NCBI GenBank assembly: GCA_002763075.1
Contig: PFDB01000002.1
Coordinates: 62,286-126,285, forward strand
Source of the DNA: Candidatus Pacearchaeota archaeon CG10_big_fil_rev_8_21_14_0_10_34_76
Lineage (GTDB): Archaea > Nanobdellota > Nanobdellia > Pacearchaeales > GW2011-AR1
Reading direction: 5' to 3'
DNA length: 64,000 nucleotides
Below, piece after piece: positions 17,748 to 27,062 of the stretch. The notes under the pieces are model-generated. The model was not told the origin of the DNA, did not search any database, and worked only from the letters and a program-made list of their open reading frames with translations. The position numbers and the translations under genes are program-made. Every line of letters begins with the position of its first letter. Positions within the stretch are counted from its first letter, which is position 1.

Positions 17748-18446
17748 ATGGGAAAAAGAATAATATCACAAGCTAGGGGAAAGGGAAGCCATACTTATAG
17801 AGTAAGAAAGAAGGCGTTTATCTACAAGGTAGGTTATCCAGTCATGGAGGGGGAAATTGAAGTTATCAAATTAATACAATCTGCTGCACATTCTGCCCCA
17901 TTGATGAAGCTAAAGGTGGGAAATAAGATATTTTACAATGTTGCGTTTGAAAGTGTATACGAGGGTCAAAGAGTCAAGATTGGAGGATCTGAACCTTCCG
18001 AGGGAAATATTTTATCTTTAAAAGACATTCCTGTTGGGACAAGAATATTTAATATTGAAAGAAATCCTGGAGACGGAGGAAAGATGATAAGAACCGCAGG
18101 AAGCAGTGCAATTGTTAATAAGATATATGAAAACAGCAAAGTTGGAGTCACTATGCCAAATAGAAAGGAAGTAATCTTTAATCAAGGATGCAGGGCAACT
18201 ATTGGGACCATTGCTGGAGAAGGCAGAAAACAAAAACCATTTATGAAGGCAGGAAGAATGTTCTATAAGATGAAATCAAAGGGAAAATTATATCCAAGAG
18301 TCTCTGCTGTGGCTGTTAACGCAATAGACCACCCATTTGGATCTGGAAGAGGAAAGAGAATTAAATCAAAGGTTGCAAAGAGAAATGCTCCTCCTGGAAG
18401 AAAGGTAGGACATATAAGGCCAAGAAAGACAGGAAAGAAGAGATAA
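17748..18446 (+). CDS. rpl2: 50S ribosomal protein L2
   Basis: 232 aa; C-terminal GRGKRIKSKVAKRNAPPGRKVG typical of L2. Confidence 0.85.
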   Translation: MGKRIISQARGKGSHTYRVRKKAFIYKVGYPVMEGEIEVIKLIQSAAHSAPLMKLKVGNKIFYNVAFESVYEGQRVKIGGSEPSEGNILSLKDIPVGTRIFNIERNPGDGGKMIRTAGSSAIVNKIYENSKVGVTMPNRKEVIFNQGCRATIGTIAGEGRKQKPFMKAGRMFYKMKSKGKLYPRVSAVAVNAIDHPFGSGRGKRIKSKVAKRNAPPGRKVGHIRPRKTGKKR

Positions 18447-18447
18447 A

Positions 18448-18852
18448 ATGACAGAAGAAGTAAAAATTAGGTCAAAAGAATTGAAGTATAGGGGAAAGAG
18501 CGTTGAAGAGCTACAAGCCCTAGATGTAAGAGAGGTTGCAAAATATCTTCCAGCTAGAAGTAGAAGATCTATACTCAGACATTTTGATGTTGTTGAAAAA
18601 TTCACTAAACGATGTGAGATGAAAGAAATGAAAAATAAAAAAATAAGAACTCATCTAAGAGATATCGTCATAGTTCCCAAACTTGTTGGAAAAACTATTG
18701 AAATATATGATGGCAAAAACTATCAGATTGTCCAAATAACAGTTGAAATGATTGGTCATAGACTTGGAGAATTTGCTCAAACTAGAAAGAGAGTTGCCCA
18801 TTCATCTGCTGGAGTCGGAGCAACAAAAGGATCAAGGGCGGCAAAGAAGTAA
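18448..18852 (+). CDS. rps19: 30S ribosomal protein S19
   Basis: 134 aa; GHRLGEFAQTRK... S19 motif. Confidence 0.85.
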   Translation: MTEEVKIRSKELKYRGKSVEELQALDVREVAKYLPARSRRSILRHFDVVEKFTKRCEMKEMKNKKIRTHLRDIVIVPKLVGKTIEIYDGKNYQIVQITVEMIGHRLGEFAQTRKRVAHSSAGVGATKGSRAAKK

Positions 18853-18853
18853 A

Positions 18854-19477
18854 ATGGTTGAAGAAATGAAAAATAAAAAAATTGAAGAGAAAAAAGAAGA
18901 TCCTATTAGCGAGAAGAAAGAAATTCAAACTGAAAAAACTAATGAGGCTAACGTTCAAGATTCTGCTAAGGATACTGTTGAGATTGGAAAAAGTAAGGAA
19001 GGAACAAAAGAAGATGTGAAGCAAAAAACTGCAAAAATAATCAAGGGTGATAAAAAAACTGTAATTAAGAAAGAAGAGGCAATTGCTAGAGGAGTAAGTA
19101 TGCACATGTCAAAAAAACAAGGAGTATATATTTCTAGATTCATAAAGAACAAAAAGATAGATCAGGCAATTGATGATTTGAACCAAGTTATAAAGATGAA
19201 AAAAGTTGTTCCATTTAAAGGAGAAATTCCACATAGGAAAGGGAAGGGAATGATGTCTGGAAGATATCCCGTTAAAGCATCTGGGTTTGTCATAAAGGTT
19301 CTTAAGGGGCTTAAGGGCAATGTAATTACAAATGGAATGGATCTTGAAAATAGCGTAATATATTATGCTTCTGCAAGTTGGGCTGCAAGACCACAGAGAA
19401 GAGGTGGAATGCTAGCTAAAAGAACTAATATGATAATCAAAGCAAAGGAGATAACGGAGAAAAAGAAAAATGGATGA
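18854..19477 (+). CDS. rpl22: 50S ribosomal protein L22 with Lys/Glu-rich N-terminal extension
   Basis: ATG at 18854 lies just after the S19 stop. The L22 core follows about 60 aa of KKIEEKKED... low-complexity sequence. The ORF-track start at 18752 overlaps S19 and is probably spurious. Confidence 0.75.
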   Translation: MVEEMKNKKIEEKKEDPISEKKEIQTEKTNEANVQDSAKDTVEIGKSKEGTKEDVKQKTAKIIKGDKKTVIKKEEAIARGVSMHMSKKQGVYISRFIKNKKIDQAIDDLNQVIKMKKVVPFKGEIPHRKGKGMMSGRYPVKASGFVIKVLKGLKGNVITNGMDLENSVIYYASASWAARPQRRGGMLAKRTNMIIKAKEITEKKKNG

Positions 19478-20156
19478 AAAGAAATTTGTAGGGTTTAAAG
19501 AAGAAGAATTAGGAGTCAGAGAATACATAAAGGGCGCTCTTGGAAAGGGAAGGATAAGCGAGGTCCTGATAGAATATACTCCAGTTGGTGAAAAAATTAT
19601 TGTTGAGACAAATCGTCCTGGATTAGTCATAGGTAGAAAGGGAGAGAGAATTGAAGAACTTACGACAACGCTCAAGAAAAGATTCAAATTGGATAACCCT
19701 CATATTGAGATAAGAGATATTACAAATGAAATGCTAGATGCTCAATTAGTCGCTGATAGTATTGCAATTAATCTTGAAAGAAAAGGTTCTTTAAAATTCA
19801 AGCTTATAGCTTATAGAACTCTTCAAGATATAGTGAAAGCAGGAGCAATAGGTGTCGAGATTGTGCTTTCTGGAAAGCTTCCAGGAGATAGAGCAAAGAC
19901 ATGGAGATTTAGTCATGGATATCTTAAGAAAACAGGAGATCCTGCTAAGGTTGTAAGAAGAGCTATGTCTCAGGCAAGGACTCAGCAAGGAGTTGTTGGA
20001 GTTAAGGTAAGCATTCTTCCTCCTGATGCCCATATCCATGATAGGATTGATGTGAATGAGGAATTATTATCTAGGATAAAAATAGATGAAGTTGAAGAGA
20101 TTGAAGAAGAAAAACCTAAACGCAAAAAGGCGAAAAAATTGGAGGCAAAGAAATAA
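19470..20156 (+). CDS. rps3: 30S ribosomal protein S3 (KH domain) with Lys-rich C-terminal tail
   Basis: 228 aa; KH domain VIGRKGERIEELT. Confidence 0.85.
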   Translation: MDEKKFVGFKEEELGVREYIKGALGKGRISEVLIEYTPVGEKIIVETNRPGLVIGRKGERIEELTTTLKKRFKLDNPHIEIRDITNEMLDAQLVADSIAINLERKGSLKFKLIAYRTLQDIVKAGAIGVEIVLSGKLPGDRAKTWRFSHGYLKKTGDPAKVVRRAMSQARTQQGVVGVKVSILPPDAHIHDRIDVNEELLSRIKIDEVEEIEEEKPKRKKAKKLEAKK

Positions 20157-20360
20157 ATGGCAATTTTAAGATCTAAGGATATAAGAAAAATGGATGAAAA
20201 AAACAGAAAAGAAAGATTAAAAGACTTGAGGATGGAACTTACTAAAGCGAATGTCACAGCTCATAAAACCAATGCTAAGACCAAAGAGATTAAAAGGGCT
20301 ATTGCTCGCATACTCACAATTACCAAAGCTGAAAAATCAGCAAAGGTAATAAGCAAATAG
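20157..20360 (+). CDS. rpl29: 50S ribosomal protein L29
   Basis: 67 aa helical protein at the canonical position. Confidence 0.8.
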   Translation: MAILRSKDIRKMDEKNRKERLKDLRMELTKANVTAHKTNAKTKEIKRAIARILTITKAEKSAKVISK

Positions 20361-20362
20361 CA

Positions 20363-20665
20363 ATGGAGATAGATCCAAAAACGGGTTTACCTGTTGAAGC
20401 TATCGCGTGGGAAGACCTCGCTAAAAGCGAGCAGAAGATAACTGTCCGAACAGAAAAACGAAGGTACGGGAAGGTAATCACCATCGTATCTGGCTTCGAC
20501 AAAGGAATCGACGTGAAAGGCACTGCAAAAGCCTTAAAAGCGGCGCTTGCTTGCGGAGGAACTGTAAAGGACGGGAACATTGAGCTCCAAGGGGAGCACA
20601 AAAGACAAGTAAGACCAGTATTGGTCAAGCTTGGGTTTTCCGACGACTCGATAGACGACAGTTAA
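20363..20665 (+). CDS. translation initiation factor SUI1 (aSUI1/eIF1 homolog); GC-rich relative to neighbours
   Basis: ITVRTEKRRYGKVITIVSGF...GTAKALKAALACGGTVKDGNIELQGEH is the SUI1 fold. Canonical archaeal slot after L29. Confidence 0.85.
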   Translation: MEIDPKTGLPVEAIAWEDLAKSEQKITVRTEKRRYGKVITIVSGFDKGIDVKGTAKALKAALACGGTVKDGNIELQGEHKRQVRPVLVKLGFSDDSIDDS

Positions 20666-20679
20666 AGAGGAGATAAACA

Positions 20680-20991
20680 ATGGAGAAAATGGAAAAGAAA
20701 AACACAGAGAGAAAAAGGCTAGTTGGAACTAGGGGAAGAACATTCAAGGGCAAGGTAGTTAAGAAATTTGAAAAAAGAATTGTTGTTGACTTAGAAAGAA
20801 CTGTAAAAATCAAAAAATATGAAAGATTTATGAAAAAGAAAACAAGAATTCATGCAAGAATCCTCGATGGAACAGACGTGCATGTGGGAGATGTTGTTAA
20901 GGTTAGAGAGTGTAGACCACTTAGCAAAATAACTCATTTCATGTTTGTTGAGAAATTGAGTTCTGAAAACAATACGGGAGATAAAAAATGA
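20680..20991 (+). CDS. rps17: 30S ribosomal protein S17
   Basis: RKRLVGT...VHVGDVVKVRECRPLSKITHF S17 OB fold. Confidence 0.8.
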   Translation: MEKMEKKNTERKRLVGTRGRTFKGKVVKKFEKRIVVDLERTVKIKKYERFMKKKTRIHARILDGTDVHVGDVVKVRECRPLSKITHFMFVEKLSSENNTGDKK

Positions 20992-21389
20992 AAGCAATAC
21001 CTGCAAGAGCCACAAGAGCATTGAACATTGGAAGCCATGTTTTAGCAAGTGACAATAGTGGAGCAAGAATTGTGAAGATTGTTGGTGTGAAGAGGGGAAA
21101 AACGAGAAAGGGAACACAACAATATGCTAAGTTAGCAGATCATGTTAAAGTTTCTGTGAGGGCTGGAAAACCTGAAATGAAAGGGCAAGTATTTGATGCT
21201 ATAATCATAAGGCAAAAGAAACCATTTAGGAGAAATACGGGTGAGAGAATCATGTTCGAAGACAATGCAGTAGTCTTATTAAAAGATGATAAAGGAAATC
21301 CAAAGGGGACTCAGATTAAAGGCCCCATAGCAAGAGAAGTAGCTGAAAGGTGGAAAGCAGTTTCTAAGATTGCGCAATTTGTATTATAA
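20988..21389 (+). CDS. rpl14: 50S ribosomal protein L14
   Basis: 133 aa; ...ASDNSGARIVKIVGV... L14 motif. Confidence 0.85.
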   Translation: MKAIPARATRALNIGSHVLASDNSGARIVKIVGVKRGKTRKGTQQYAKLADHVKVSVRAGKPEMKGQVFDAIIIRQKKPFRRNTGERIMFEDNAVVLLKDDKGNPKGTQIKGPIAREVAERWKAVSKIAQFVL

Positions 21390-21392
21390 AAA

Positions 21393-21845
21393 ATGAAAAA
21401 AGAATTTTCAACATCGTGGAATGGAAGCAAGCAGCCCAGGAAGCAAAGGAAATATACATACAATGCTCCGTTACATCTTAGGCATAAGTTTTTAAGCACT
21501 AATTTGTCAAAAGAATTGAGAAAGAAGTATGGCAAGAGGAACCTCCCTTTGCGAAAGGGTGACGAAGTGCTTGTCATGCGCGGAAACTTCGCAAAGAAGA
21601 AGGCCAAAGTAATTTCTATAGATATAAAGAGAACAAGAATTATCCTTGAAAATATAAATCGCGCCAAGAAAGATGGCACAAAGATAAGTGTTCAATTTAG
21701 TCCGAAGAACCTACAAATTCAGTCTCTTAATCTTGAGGATAAGAAAAGATTTAAGAGGTCTATTGTTAAGGAAATGCCTTCTAAACCACCAATTAAACAA
21801 CCAGAGGAGAGAAAAAATGTACCTGACAAGAGCGGAAACAAGTAG
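21393..21845 (+). CDS. rpl24: 50S ribosomal protein L24 (KOW)
   Basis: KGDEVLVMRGNFAKKKAKV KOW motif; 150 aa with a basic C-terminal extension. Confidence 0.8.
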   Translation: MKKEFSTSWNGSKQPRKQRKYTYNAPLHLRHKFLSTNLSKELRKKYGKRNLPLRKGDEVLVMRGNFAKKKAKVISIDIKRTRIILENINRAKKDGTKISVQFSPKNLQIQSLNLEDKKRFKRSIVKEMPSKPPIKQPEERKNVPDKSGNK

Positions 21846-22440
21846 TAAAATTCCAATTCCAAGAAAAGGAACAAGATATTTAGCTAGGGCCCTGAGTCAT
21901 GTTAGGGATGGGGTGCCTGCAGTAATAGCATTAAGAGATATGATAGGGTTGGCTGAAACTGCTAGAGAGGTTAAACTATTGATAAAATCAGAATCTTTAA
22001 AAATAAATGGGAAGATTGTGAGGGATTATAGAGAAAGTATAAGGCTGTTTAATATTTTTGAAGCTGGAGACAAGAAATACAAGTTGACAATTCTTCCTAC
22101 AGGAAGATGGAATTTTGAAGAGACTTCAAGTAGCGAGAGATTGTGCAAAATACTCAACAAGAAAATTCTTACTTCTGGAAAAATTCAAATCAACTTGCAT
22201 GACGGATCAAATCTGATTTCTAAAAAACAAATGAATATTGGAGATTCATTATTGATTGGCACTGATGGAAAAATTATAGATGAAATTCCGCTTAAGAAAG
22301 GTGGCAAAGCATTTGTTTATTCTGGAAAGAGTGTTGGGCTTACTGGGACAATAGAAAATATCAATGAAAAGAAAATTTTAATTAAACTGGGAGACAAGGT
22401 CACTGAGCTTTATCAGAGCCATGTGATAGCCATAAAATGA
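21827..22440 (+). CDS. rps4e: 30S ribosomal protein S4e
   Basis: Start taken at MYLTRAETSS (internal to the ORF-track entry). Sits between L24 and L5. Confidence 0.75.
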
Positions 22441-22943
22441 ATGTAATGATGAAACCGAGGCTTGTGAAAGTGATATTGAGTGCTGGAGCTACAGGACAGG
22501 AATTGGAAAAATCAGCAAAACTATTGGAAATTGTAACTCAGAAAAAAGCTCAGATTATAAAGGCTGGACCAAATACCAGAATTCCTGCGTTTAGTGTTAG
22601 GCCTGGGCTTGAATTAGGAACAAGAGTCACTCTGCGTGGAGAGGATGCAATAAAACTTCTAAGAAGACTTTTGGGAGCGATAGATAATACCCTGAGCAAG
22701 AAGCAAATAGAAAATAATCATTTTTCATTTGGAATAAAAGAATATATTGAAATTCCTGATATGGAATATATTAGGGAAATTGGTATTAAGGGATTTAATG
22801 TTACTGTTGTTTTTGAACGTGCTGGAACAAGAGTCAAGAAGAGGAAAATAAAGAGGGGGCGTATTCCTGGAAGACAACACGTTTCTAAAGAAGAGATAAT
22901 TAAATTTATGGAAGATAATTTCAAAACAGGGATGGAAAATTAA
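22437..22943 (+). CDS. rpl5: 50S ribosomal protein L5
   Basis: 168 aa at the canonical position. Confidence 0.85.
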   Translation: MNVMMKPRLVKVILSAGATGQELEKSAKLLEIVTQKKAQIIKAGPNTRIPAFSVRPGLELGTRVTLRGEDAIKLLRRLLGAIDNTLSKKQIENNHFSFGIKEYIEIPDMEYIREIGIKGFNVTVVFERAGTRVKKRKIKRGRIPGRQHVSKEEIIKFMEDNFKTGMEN

Positions 22944-22944
22944 G

Positions 22945-23175
22945 ATGACTGCAAGCGATTGGAACAAAATATTGAAACAGCTTAAAAGTAAGCCGGAAAT
23001 TGCAAAAAAGTTTACAAAACATAATAAACCAAAGGATAGAAATATGGGTGTCGCTGCACAAAAGTGTAAAAGATGTGGTAGATTTGGGGCACATTTAAAC
23101 CAATATAATATTCACTTGTGCAGACATTGTTTCAGAGAAATAGCGGAGGAAATAGGATTTAAAAAATATAGTTAA
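22945..23175 (+). CDS. rps14: 30S ribosomal protein S14 (zinc-ribbon type)
   Basis: CKRCGRFGAHLNQYNIHLCRHCFRE...GFKKY. The N-terminus is longer than usual, so the start is uncertain. Confidence 0.75.
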   Translation: MTASDWNKILKQLKSKPEIAKKFTKHNKPKDRNMGVAAQKCKRCGRFGAHLNQYNIHLCRHCFREIAEEIGFKKYS

Positions 23176-23176
23176 A

Positions 23177-23554
23177 ATGAGAAAAGACATAGTTGCAGAC
23201 GGATTGAATCAAATAATGAATGCGAAAAGGGCAAATAAAGAAATTGTTACTCTTAAATTTCATTCAAAGGTGTTACTCTCGATTCTCGCGGTTGGTAAAC
23301 TTAAGGGGTACATAAAAGATTATAGGGTAAAGGGTAAGGAAATTGAAATTGAAACTGGGGGAAAATTGAATGCTTGTAAAGCAGTTAAGCCAAGATACGT
23401 CGTTAAAGCAATGGATATTCAGAAATATGTAAGAAGATATCTTCCTGCAAGGGACATGGGAGTGTTGATCATATCCACTAATAAAGGATTGATGACTCAT
23501 CAAACTGCTATAGATCAAAATGTAGGAGGGAATGTTATAGCATATTTCTATTAA
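23177..23554 (+). CDS. rps8: 30S ribosomal protein S8
   Basis: 125 aa at the canonical position. Confidence 0.85.
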   Translation: MRKDIVADGLNQIMNAKRANKEIVTLKFHSKVLLSILAVGKLKGYIKDYRVKGKEIEIETGGKLNACKAVKPRYVVKAMDIQKYVRRYLPARDMGVLIISTNKGLMTHQTAIDQNVGGNVIAYFY

Positions 23555-23555
23555 A

Positions 23556-24098
23556 ATGAAAAATAAAATAATAGAACAAATAGAAATCCCTGAAGGAATT
23601 GAATGCAGTTATGAAAGCAAGATTTTTACTTGTAAGAAAGGCGGAGATGAAACAAGCAGATTAGTGGATATTCCAGGAAGTGTCTTAGAGATAAAGGATG
23701 GGAAAGTTACAATAACTTGTAATAAGGCGAATAGAAAAGAGCGCGCAGTTTTGGTGACGTTCATTAAGCATATTTCTAATATGTTCAAGGGATTAGAAGA
23801 GAAGTTTGTTTATGAACTTGAGATATGTAATGTTCATTTTCCAATGAATGTCAAAATAGAAAAATCAGAAGTCGTTATAGACAATTTTTTGGGAGAGAAA
23901 TATAAGAGAAGAGCAGATATCAGACAGGGAGTGGATGTTGATGTCAATGGCAATGTAATCAAAGTATCTGGAATAAACATAGAGTCAGTTGGGCAAACTG
24001 CTGCAAATATAGAAAAAGCTACAAAAGTTTCAAATAAAGACAGAAGAATTTTCCAAGATGGAATATTTATTACTTCTAAAAATGGGAGGAAAATCTAA
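23556..24098 (+). CDS. rpl6: 50S ribosomal protein L6
   Basis: 180 aa at the canonical position. Confidence 0.8.
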   Translation: MKNKIIEQIEIPEGIECSYESKIFTCKKGGDETSRLVDIPGSVLEIKDGKVTITCNKANRKERAVLVTFIKHISNMFKGLEEKFVYELEICNVHFPMNVKIEKSEVVIDNFLGEKYKRRADIRQGVDVDVNGNVIKVSGINIESVGQTAANIEKATKVSNKDRRIFQDGIFITSKNGRKI

Positions 24099-24451
24099 TG
24101 GCAAAAAAATTCATTAGAAGAGATAGCCATAGGTTCTCAAAATTAGGTAGGGGGAGAAAAAAATTACAGAAATGGAGAGGAGCAAAAGGAAGAGATAATA
24201 AGATCAGAGAGAAAAGGTTTAGCTATCCTTCTGCTCCGTCTGTGGGTTATAAGAATAGCAGAGCTCAGAAAGGCAAGATAAAGAACCTTATTCCAATTGT
24301 TGTCAGAAACTTGAAAGATCTTCAAAACGCAAATAAAGAGAATATAATTATAATTGGAAAAGTTGGGGCAAAGAAGAGAATAGATATCATGAAAAAAACA
24401 AATGAAATGAAATTAGAGATTGTTAATGTGCGGAAGGAGAAGAAAGAATGA
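24098..24451 (+). CDS. rpl32e: 50S ribosomal protein L32e
   Basis: 117 aa; basic; archaeal position between L6 and L19e. Confidence 0.75.
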   Translation: MAKKFIRRDSHRFSKLGRGRKKLQKWRGAKGRDNKIREKRFSYPSAPSVGYKNSRAQKGKIKNLIPIVVRNLKDLQNANKENIIIIGKVGAKKRIDIMKKTNEMKLEIVNVRKEKKE

Positions 24452-24858
24452 ATATAGGGAAAAAACGTGAACTTATTGCAAGAACATTGGGTGTTGGGAA
24501 AGCGAGAGTTAGGTTAAACAAAGAAAGATTGGACGAGCTAAAAGATGCAATAACTAGACAAGATGTACGTGACCTCTTGGATGCAAAGGCCATAATGATT
24601 AATGATCCAAAAGGTCGAAGAACACAAATAAAAAGGAAAACTAGAAGGAGAAAAGGAAGTATAAAGAAAAAAGTGAATAATCGAAAAGAAGAGTATATGA
24701 TAATTACAAGAAAGCTAAGAGCTTACATAAAAGAACTTAGAAGAAAGGATAAATTGAGTAGTGAAGATTATATCAAGCTTAGAAAGGAAATAAGAGCCAG
24801 AGACTTTAAAAGCAAGGCTCAAATTAAAGAAAGAATAGGGGGCATGAACAAGGAATAA
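24448..24858 (+). CDS. rpl19e: 50S ribosomal protein L19e
   Basis: 136 aa; strongly basic and helical. Confidence 0.75.
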   Translation: MNIGKKRELIARTLGVGKARVRLNKERLDELKDAITRQDVRDLLDAKAIMINDPKGRRTQIKRKTRRRKGSIKKKVNNRKEEYMIITRKLRAYIKELRRKDKLSSEDYIKLRKEIRARDFKSKAQIKERIGGMNKE

Positions 24859-25349
24859 TGGACAAAATAGGAAGAACTATAAGAAGAAGAAGAAGAGAAG
24901 GAAAAACAGATTACAAGGCAAGACTTGGAGTCATCAAATCCTCTCTTCCAAGAATTGTAATCCGAAAGACAAACAGATACATAATTGCTCAACTGGTTGA
25001 AACAGATATTGCACAAGATAAAATTATTGTGAGCGTAAGTTCAAAAGATTTGTTGGGCAAGGGATGGCCAAAGGAACTTGAGGGTAGTCTTAAAAATCTT
25101 AGTGCTGCTTATTTGACAGGAATTTTGTTAGCAAATAAAGCAAAAAAGAAAGAGAAATGTATTTTAGATATTGGGTTGCAGAGAAATATTCATAGGGGCA
25201 GATTATATGCAACATTAAAAGGGCTTATAGATGGAGGAATGGAAATACCCCATAATCAAGATTGTCTTCCTGATGAAGAAATGCTCTCTTCAAATAAGAA
25301 AACATCTGAAATATTAAAAACTGTAAGGGAGAAAATAAAACATGGCTGA
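24858..25349 (+). CDS. rpl18: 50S ribosomal protein L18
   Basis: 163 aa at the canonical position. Confidence 0.8.
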   Translation: MDKIGRTIRRRRREGKTDYKARLGVIKSSLPRIVIRKTNRYIIAQLVETDIAQDKIIVSVSSKDLLGKGWPKELEGSLKNLSAAYLTGILLANKAKKKEKCILDIGLQRNIHRGRLYATLKGLIDGGMEIPHNQDCLPDEEMLSSNKKTSEILKTVREKIKHG

Positions 25350-26157
25350 AAGAGAAAATAAAAACCAACCAAAAAATCTTATTGAACCTACTCCAGAGAA
25401 TTTAGATCTCAATGAAGAATTAATCATAGAGCCTGCGTTGAAAGAGGAAGAGGCTAAACGTGAGCCAACATTAGCTGAGAAGAGAGTTTCAAGAGAAAAA
25501 CAAGAAAAGGAAGATAGACTTGCATCTTGGGCTCCTATAACTCAATTAGGAAAAGATGTAAAATCTGGCAAGGAAAATAACATTGATAATATTCTTGAAA
25601 ACAGGAAGAAGATATTAGAACCTGAAATTGTAGACTATTTGTTAGGAAATCTTGAAAGCGATTTACTTTTAATAGGTCAGGCTAAAGGAAAATTTGGAGG
25701 AGGAAAGAGAAGAGCTTGGAGACAGACTCAGAAGAAAACAAAAGAAGGAAACGTATTGACCTTCTCTGCGATGGCTGTTGTCGGAGATAAAAAAGGACAT
25801 ATTGGATTAGGAACTGGAAAGGCTAAAGAAACATTACCTGCAAGAGAAAAAGCATTGAGAAAGGCAAAACTTAACTTGATAAAAATAAGAAGAGGGTGTG
25901 CTCATTTTGACTGCTCCTGTGGAGAGGATCATACAGTTCCATTTGTTGTTGAGGGAAAATCTGGAAGCGTGAGGGTGAAATTAATGCCTGCTCCTCAAGG
26001 AACTGGATTAGTCATTGGAGATGAACTAAAGAAGATGTTAAGACTAGTGGGAATAAAAGATATTTATGCATTCAGCATGGGACAGACCAGAACAACATTC
26101 AATCATGCCAAAGCATGTTTTGATGCTCTTGAAAAAACAACCAAACTTGTAAAATGA
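25342..26157 (+). CDS. rps5: 30S ribosomal protein S5 with acidic/Lys-rich N-terminal extension
   Basis: 271 aa; the S5 core (dsRBD plus C-terminal domain) follows about 70 aa of EEEAKREPT... sequence. Confidence 0.8.
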   Translation: MAERENKNQPKNLIEPTPENLDLNEELIIEPALKEEEAKREPTLAEKRVSREKQEKEDRLASWAPITQLGKDVKSGKENNIDNILENRKKILEPEIVDYLLGNLESDLLLIGQAKGKFGGGKRRAWRQTQKKTKEGNVLTFSAMAVVGDKKGHIGLGTGKAKETLPAREKALRKAKLNLIKIRRGCAHFDCSCGEDHTVPFVVEGKSGSVRVKLMPAPQGTGLVIGDELKKMLRLVGIKDIYAFSMGQTRTTFNHAKACFDALEKTTKLVK

Positions 26158-26570
26158 TACTAGTAATAAGAATATCCGGAATTGTGAAAGTCTCTGATAA
26201 GATAGAAGAATCTATGAACAGAATCAATCTTAGAAGGAAGTACTCTGCTACTTTGATAGAAGACACTCCTGAGAACAGAATGTTATTGACTAAGATAAGA
26301 AACTTTGTCGCATTTGGAGATGCAGATGATAAACTACTGGAAGAACTTATAGAAAAGAGAGGGGAAAGCACAGAAAGAAAAAAGATTGATGCTAAAGAAG
26401 TCGTGGGCAACCTTGCAAAGAAAGGCTTAAAATCTCAAGGAATGAAACCTTTCTTCAGGCTTCATCCTCCTAGAGGTGGAATTGATAGCAAGAAACATTT
26501 TGGGGTAGACAAAGGAGTTTTGGGAGACCATAAGGATAAGATAGGAAATCTTGTCAGGAGAATGTTATAA
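26154..26570 (+). CDS. rpl30: 50S ribosomal protein L30
   Basis: 138 aa between S5 and L15. Confidence 0.75.
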   Translation: MILVIRISGIVKVSDKIEESMNRINLRRKYSATLIEDTPENRMLLTKIRNFVAFGDADDKLLEELIEKRGESTERKKIDAKEVVGNLAKKGLKSQGMKPFFRLHPPRGGIDSKKHFGVDKGVLGDHKDKIGNLVRRML

Positions 26571-26571
26571 A

Positions 26572-27021
26572 ATGGTAATGAAAATAGTAAAGAAAAGAAA
26601 GAAATCTACAAGATTCAGAGGTACACATACACATGGAAGAGGTTTCAAGAAGAAGGCAAGAGGTAGTGGACACAGAGGAGGAGTTGGAATGGCTGGAACT
26701 GGAAAGAGGGGGGATCAGAAGAAAACACTCGTCACTAATCTTTATGGGGGAGATTATTTTGGAAAATCAAAAACAAGAAGAGCTGCTCCAAAGAAAATTG
26801 TGAAAATTGTTACATTACAATCAATCTTGAACAATCTTGAATCCTTAGAGAAAAAGGGAATTGCAAAAGAAGAAAGGGGAACCTATAGTGTTGATCTTAA
26901 GAAGTATAAGATTATAGGCAATACTGAGTTAGGAATCAAATTGAAAATCTTTGCAAATTCTGCCTCCAAAGGTGCTCAGGAATCCATAAAAAAATCAGGT
27001 GGAGAGATTGTTTTAGCTTAG
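26572..27021 (+). CDS. rpl15: 50S ribosomal protein L15
   Basis: MVMKIVKKRKKSTRFRGTHTHGRG... Start placed at Met8 of the ORF-track entry. Confidence 0.8.
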   Translation: MVMKIVKKRKKSTRFRGTHTHGRGFKKKARGSGHRGGVGMAGTGKRGDQKKTLVTNLYGGDYFGKSKTRRAAPKKIVKIVTLQSILNNLESLEKKGIAKEERGTYSVDLKKYKIIGNTELGIKLKIFANSASKGAQESIKKSGGEIVLA

Positions 27022-27062
27022 TAAAGCTGAAGTTTTAAAAACCTCTTGTTTGTATATTAAAT

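Noticed and set aside
18752-18853. Upstream extension of the L22 ORF overlapping rps19
   Set aside because: The extension overlaps the S19 coding frame. An ATG immediately after the S19 stop gives the expected operon spacing.
20666-20680. Missing RNase P protein Rpp29 gene between SUI1 and S17
   Set aside because: Absence of a gene cannot be proven from one window, as it may be encoded elsewhere. Noted only within the SUI1 finding.
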